NCBI GenBank assembly: GCA_023386965.1
Contig: JAEWIR010000039.1
Location: forward strand, 856-64,855
Reading direction: 5' to 3'
Source of the DNA: Bacteroidota bacterium
GTDB taxonomy: Bacteria > Bacteroidota > Bacteroidia > Flavobacteriales > Weeksellaceae
Length of the DNA stretch: 64,000 nucleotides
Of this stretch, positions 60,328 to 64,000 are shown in pieces. A program made the translations under genes and the position numbers. Position 1 is the first letter of the stretch. Each line of letters starts with the position of its first letter. The notes beneath the pieces were generated by a model. The model searched no databases. It saw only the letters and a list, made by a program, of their open reading frames with translations, and had not been told where the DNA came from.

Positions 60328-63300
60328 CAGAGTTTTCCCACATTGTTTATGAGGTTGTAATATGGTTTTTCCTGCTTTATGCATGCGGCGTTTTGCTGGT
60401 GTACAGCTGGATGGGTATTTATGCTTTGGGAGCCATCCTGCGCTATAAGAGGGAGAACACATTTACAGACTACAATATCATTGCGTCCAATCCCAATGCC
60501 CCGGTCTTCAGTCTTATTGCTCCTGCCTACAATGAGGGTATGACTATTGTGGAAAATGTTCGTTCCCTGCTGTCGCTGTATTACCATAATCTGGAGATCA
60601 TCATCGTTAATGACGGCAGTAAGGATGATTCCATTCAGAAACTTATCGACGCATATGAACTCGAGTCGGTAGCTTTTTTCGTTCAGGGAAATATACCTAC
60701 GGCTGAGGTACGCGGAATCTATAAAAGTAAAAACCCCGCTTTCCATAAACTTATAGTGGTCGATAAAGCGAACGGAGGTAAGGCTGATGCGCTTAATGTG
60801 GGTGTAAACATTTCCAGCGGAGATTACCTGGTCTGTATTGATGTAGACTGTATCCTGGAGCAGGATGCAATACTTAAACTGGCGAAACCTTTTCTTCAGC
60901 AAACCGATAAGAAACTCATCGCCTGCGGCGGCGTAATTCGCCTGGCCAATAACTGCCGGATTGAGAACGGTAAAGTGGTGGAAGTCAATCTGCCGCGGAC
61001 CCTGCTTGGCAAAACGCAGGTTTTGGAGTATATCCGTGCTTTCGTGCTCGGACGTATGGCCTGGTCCCGGGCTTCCGGACTTATTCTGATCTCGGGTGCC
61101 TTTGGTGTTTTCGACAGGAAAATTGTTCTTGCTTGTGGAGGATATGATAAAAACACTGTGGGCGAAGATATGGAACTGGTGGTGCGCATGCGTCAGTATA
61201 TGGAGGAGCGCAATGAACCTTATGAGGTGATTACCATCCCAGACCCGCTATGCTGGACCGAAGCACCAGAATCCAAAGAAATTCTTGTAAAACAGCGAAA
61301 CCGATGGATGCGCGGGACTATGGAGACGCTTTGGAAGCACCGCCGGATGATGTTCAATCCCAAATACGGCAAATTAGGCACGGTAAGCCTTCCGTATTGG
61401 TTCAGTTTTGAATTTTTAGGGCCAATCATTGAATTTGCCGGATATTTCTTCTTCATTCTGTTCTTTATCCTCGGCATTATCAACTGGGCATTCTTTCTGA
61501 TCCTTTGTGCTCTCGTTATATCAGCCGGATTCCTGTATTCATTCTATGCCATTCTGGTCGATCTGGTAAGCCGTCAGGTCTACACCAAGCGAAAGGATTT
61601 TCTTTCCTTAATAGGGACCGCTCTTATGGAGCCATTCTATTTTCATCCCATGGTTGTGAAGGCGGGGGTTAAAGGTTTTATCGATTATTTTAAAAAATCA
61701 CACTCATGGGGCGAAATGACCAGGCAGGGTTTCAGTCAGGAAACAAAAAACCTTCCGTGGGGAAAAAGGATGCTGGCAATCCTGAAATTTGGACTACGGT
61801 CCTGGGGGGTAACTGCTGCTGTGTTTGTACTCATGTTTTTAATTTCAGTGGCTGCCGAATGGGCTTGGTACCGGTATGCAGTAGAAAGTTTTGAAACAGA
61901 TCTTATCGTACTCAGTCTTCTATTGGATAATACGCTGTTCCTTTTCAAAATCTTGTTTGGTATCGGTATTATTTATTTGCTGTTAAATTTTGTAAAAACC
62001 GGATGGGCCCGAAATCTCGCGCTGATTCTTTTCAGTGCCATGATTCTTTTCCAGTTCATACTGTTTATTTATTTTTCGGAATCCGGCAATATGCTTGGTG
62101 CCGATGTACAGTATTACACCAAGGCTGAAATGAAGCAAACGTTAGATGCCAGTGGAATGCTCACCGTGAAAAATATGGCGCTGATGCTAATTCTTACTGT
62201 AATTGCGGTAATCCCTTTTTATTTAGCAGGCAGAACTGCTTTTAAATCGCCGCTTGCAGGTATTGTAATTTTGGCCGTAGGACTTGTTTCATTCTTCATC
62301 CCAAGACATCTTATAGTTACGGATGATATTAACGAATTCGGACAAGCCGCCGCGAAGAGTAAATGGGAATATTTCTTCAGTTCAAACATGAACAATGTGC
62401 TTAATCGTCCTGAAATTTCAGAACTCTTAGGCAATGCAGGTAAGTTTAATTTGCATTCAGAAATGCTGGATGAAAATTATCCGTTCTGGAAAAAAGAAGA
62501 TACACAGGATTTCCTGGGACCTCTGCTAAATAAGTCAGAAAAAGTTCCAAATCTCGTTCTTATTGTAATGGAGGGGTTTGGACATGCATATACCTCGCCG
62601 GAAGGTTATATTGGTAATTTTGCACCTTTTCTACACAAGTTGTCTTCAAAAGGACTTTCCTGGGAAAACGCCCTCAGTTCTTCCGGCCGTACATTTGCGG
62701 CTTTGCCCACGCTCACGGGATCACTTCCTTTCGCGCAGAACGGTTTTCTGGAACTCGAAAAAATACCGCCGCACTTTAACCTTTATAATGTATTGCAACG
62801 GAACGGTTTCAGTACAGGGTTTTATTATGGGGGTAACGGTCATTTTGACAAGATGGACCAGTTCCTAAAATACAGCGAAGTAGATCATCTTATTGATGAA
62901 AACTCCTTTGGTCGGGGATATTCAAAACTGCCATCAAAAAATGGGCAAAGCTGGGGGTACGAGGATCAGGCCGTATTTTCTAAAATGCTTCACGTTCAGG
63001 AAGAACAAAACCGTCCCTATTTTAATACGCTATTTACCCTTTCAACACACAGTCCTTTCCTCATTAACAAGGCGGGCTATTATGAAAAGCAATTCGTCAG
63101 GATATTGAATTCCGGAAAATTGAATCCGCAGCAAAAACAACTTGCGACTGAGCATAAAAAACAGTTAACCGCAATGCTGAATGCAGACGATGCATTGAAA
63201 GGTTTTTTTGAACAGTACCAGAAACGTGCAGATTTTGCAAACACCATTTTTGTAATTACCGGAGACCACAGTATGCCGGAGATTATGCTGCAGTCCAAAA

Positions 63301-63737
63301 TTGACCGGTTCCGGGTGCCGCTGGTTATCTATTCAGATATGGTTAAACAACCCAAACGCTTTAACTCCATGGTCAGCCATTTTGATGTGGCCCCCACGCT
63401 TCTGGCTTATTACCGGAATAATTATAATCTGAACACGCCTAAAACGGTAGCCTGGATTGGTGATGGTCTGAAAGGCTCCACAAACAAGGCAGGAAGCGGC
63501 ATTCCGATCATGAAAAGCAAAGACCAGCTCCAAAATTTCGTTTTCGCAAACTACCACCTGCAGGACAAGCAGGTTTTTCGACTGACAGATATGCAGGAGG
63601 ACCCGGTAACTGATTCAAAAGAGCGTAAAAAAGTACTGAGTTACTTTAATAATTTCCGGGCGATGAACAACAGCTTCACCTCATCAAACGCACTGGTGCC
63701 GGACAGCACAGTGGTGAATTTCTTCCGAAGCCGTTAA
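60324..63737 (+). CDS. processive GT2 glycosyltransferase fused to an LtaS/sulfatase-like domain
   Basis: PAYNE, NDGSKD, GGKADALN, DVD, GEDME, QRNRW; then TMs; then IVMEGFG, GRT, LSTHSPF, TGDH, SHFDV.PT. Confidence 0.88.
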   Translation: MTEFSHIVYEVVIWFFLLYACGVLLVYSWMGIYALGAILRYKRENTFTDYNIIASNPNAPVFSLIAPAYNEGMTIVENVRSLLSLYYHNLEIIIVNDGSKDDSIQKLIDAYELESVAFFVQGNIPTAEVRGIYKSKNPAFHKLIVVDKANGGKADALNVGVNISSGDYLVCIDVDCILEQDAILKLAKPFLQQTDKKLIACGGVIRLANNCRIENGKVVEVNLPRTLLGKTQVLEYIRAFVLGRMAWSRASGLILISGAFGVFDRKIVLACGGYDKNTVGEDMELVVRMRQYMEERNEPYEVITIPDPLCWTEAPESKEILVKQRNRWMRGTMETLWKHRRMMFNPKYGKLGTVSLPYWFSFEFLGPIIEFAGYFFFILFFILGIINWAFFLILCALVISAGFLYSFYAILVDLVSRQVYTKRKDFLSLIGTALMEPFYFHPMVVKAGVKGFIDYFKKSHSWGEMTRQGFSQETKNLPWGKRMLAILKFGLRSWGVTAAVFVLMFLISVAAEWAWYRYAVESFETDLIVLSLLLDNTLFLFKILFGIGIIYLLLNFVKTGWARNLALILFSAMILFQFILFIYFSESGNMLGADVQYYTKAEMKQTLDASGMLTVKNMALMLILTVIAVIPFYLAGRTAFKSPLAGIVILAVGLVSFFIPRHLIVTDDINEFGQAAAKSKWEYFFSSNMNNVLNRPEISELLGNAGKFNLHSEMLDENYPFWKKEDTQDFLGPLLNKSEKVPNLVLIVMEGFGHAYTSPEGYIGNFAPFLHKLSSKGLSWENALSSSGRTFAALPTLTGSLPFAQNGFLELEKIPPHFNLYNVLQRNGFSTGFYYGGNGHFDKMDQFLKYSEVDHLIDENSFGRGYSKLPSKNGQSWGYEDQAVFSKMLHVQEEQNRPYFNTLFTLSTHSPFLINKAGYYEKQFVRILNSGKLNPQQKQLATEHKKQLTAMLNADDALKGFFEQYQKRADFANTIFVITGDHSMPEIMLQSKIDRFRVPLVIYSDMVKQPKRFNSMVSHFDVAPTLLAYYRNNYNLNTPKTVAWIGDGLKGSTNKAGSGIPIMKSKDQLQNFVFANYHLQDKQVFRLTDMQEDPVTDSKERKKVLSYFNNFRAMNNSFTSSNALVPDSTVVNFFRSR

Positions 63738-63773
63738 AGGATCAGGGAGTAAAGAGAATTCAGCAGTAAAAAT

Positions 63774-64000
63774 CTAAAACCGTTTCGTATAAGCCAAAGT
63801 GACATCTACCTGATTCCCGCGTGTATTGGGTCTGTACTCCTGATTGAAATACATAGCGCCTAAGGAAAACAGGTTCGTTTTTTTAACCGAAAAATTATAT
63901 TCTGCGCCAATTTTATAGGTTTTAAGTTTATAGCTTTCGTTTTCCAGCAGGTTACTGCGGTTATCGTCCGGACTGATTCCTGTTCCTGCCTGGAAAGAGA
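63774..64000 (-). CDS. YaiO-family outer-membrane beta-barrel, C-terminal part (5' end outside window)
   Basis: Minus strand SFQAGTGISPDDNRSN...YKIGAEYNFS...GNQVDVTLAYTKRF*: alternating beta strands and terminal Phe. Confidence 0.7.
   Translation of the reverse strand, partial: SFQAGTGISPDDNRSNLLENESYKLKTYKIGAEYNFSVKKTNLFSLGAMYFNQEYRPNTRGNQVDVTLAYTKRF

Overview
Gene-dense chromosomal window from a Bacteroidota/Flavobacteriia organism, probably Weeksellaceae (Chryseobacterium/Kaistella-like). This is inferred from TAnnTTTG promoters, A-rich starts without Shine-Dalgarno sites, a T9SS-sorted protease and gene content. Most of it is housekeeping (ppa, hppA, uvrA, dnaX, rsgA, ndk, rpe, ilvE, serA, serC, rsmG, tRNA-Arg(CCT), peptidases, redox genes). 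The main accessory region is an AT-rich island at about 6.2-16.7 kb. It holds a nonsense-interrupted REP-associated HUH/Y1 transposase (RAYT-like) between two hairpins, two ~290-bp ORF-less copies of that element's ends, a catalase-peroxidase/cytochrome b561/LytS-LytTR module, and a decayed array of orphan Rhs toxin tips with intact membrane immunity-like genes. Other notable signals: a perfect sigma54 promoter driving a ~65-nt candidate sRNA complementary to start-codon regions (32.5 kb), a dnaX split at an A11 run, a membrane PPase fused to an OmpA-like domain, a candidate 14-codon mini-gene (19.4 kb), and a phosphorelay-HEAT-GT2/LtaS-fusion-YaiO putative exopolysaccharide locus at the right end. 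No CRISPR array or rRNA was seen. All calls were made by eye from motifs; no database searches were run.
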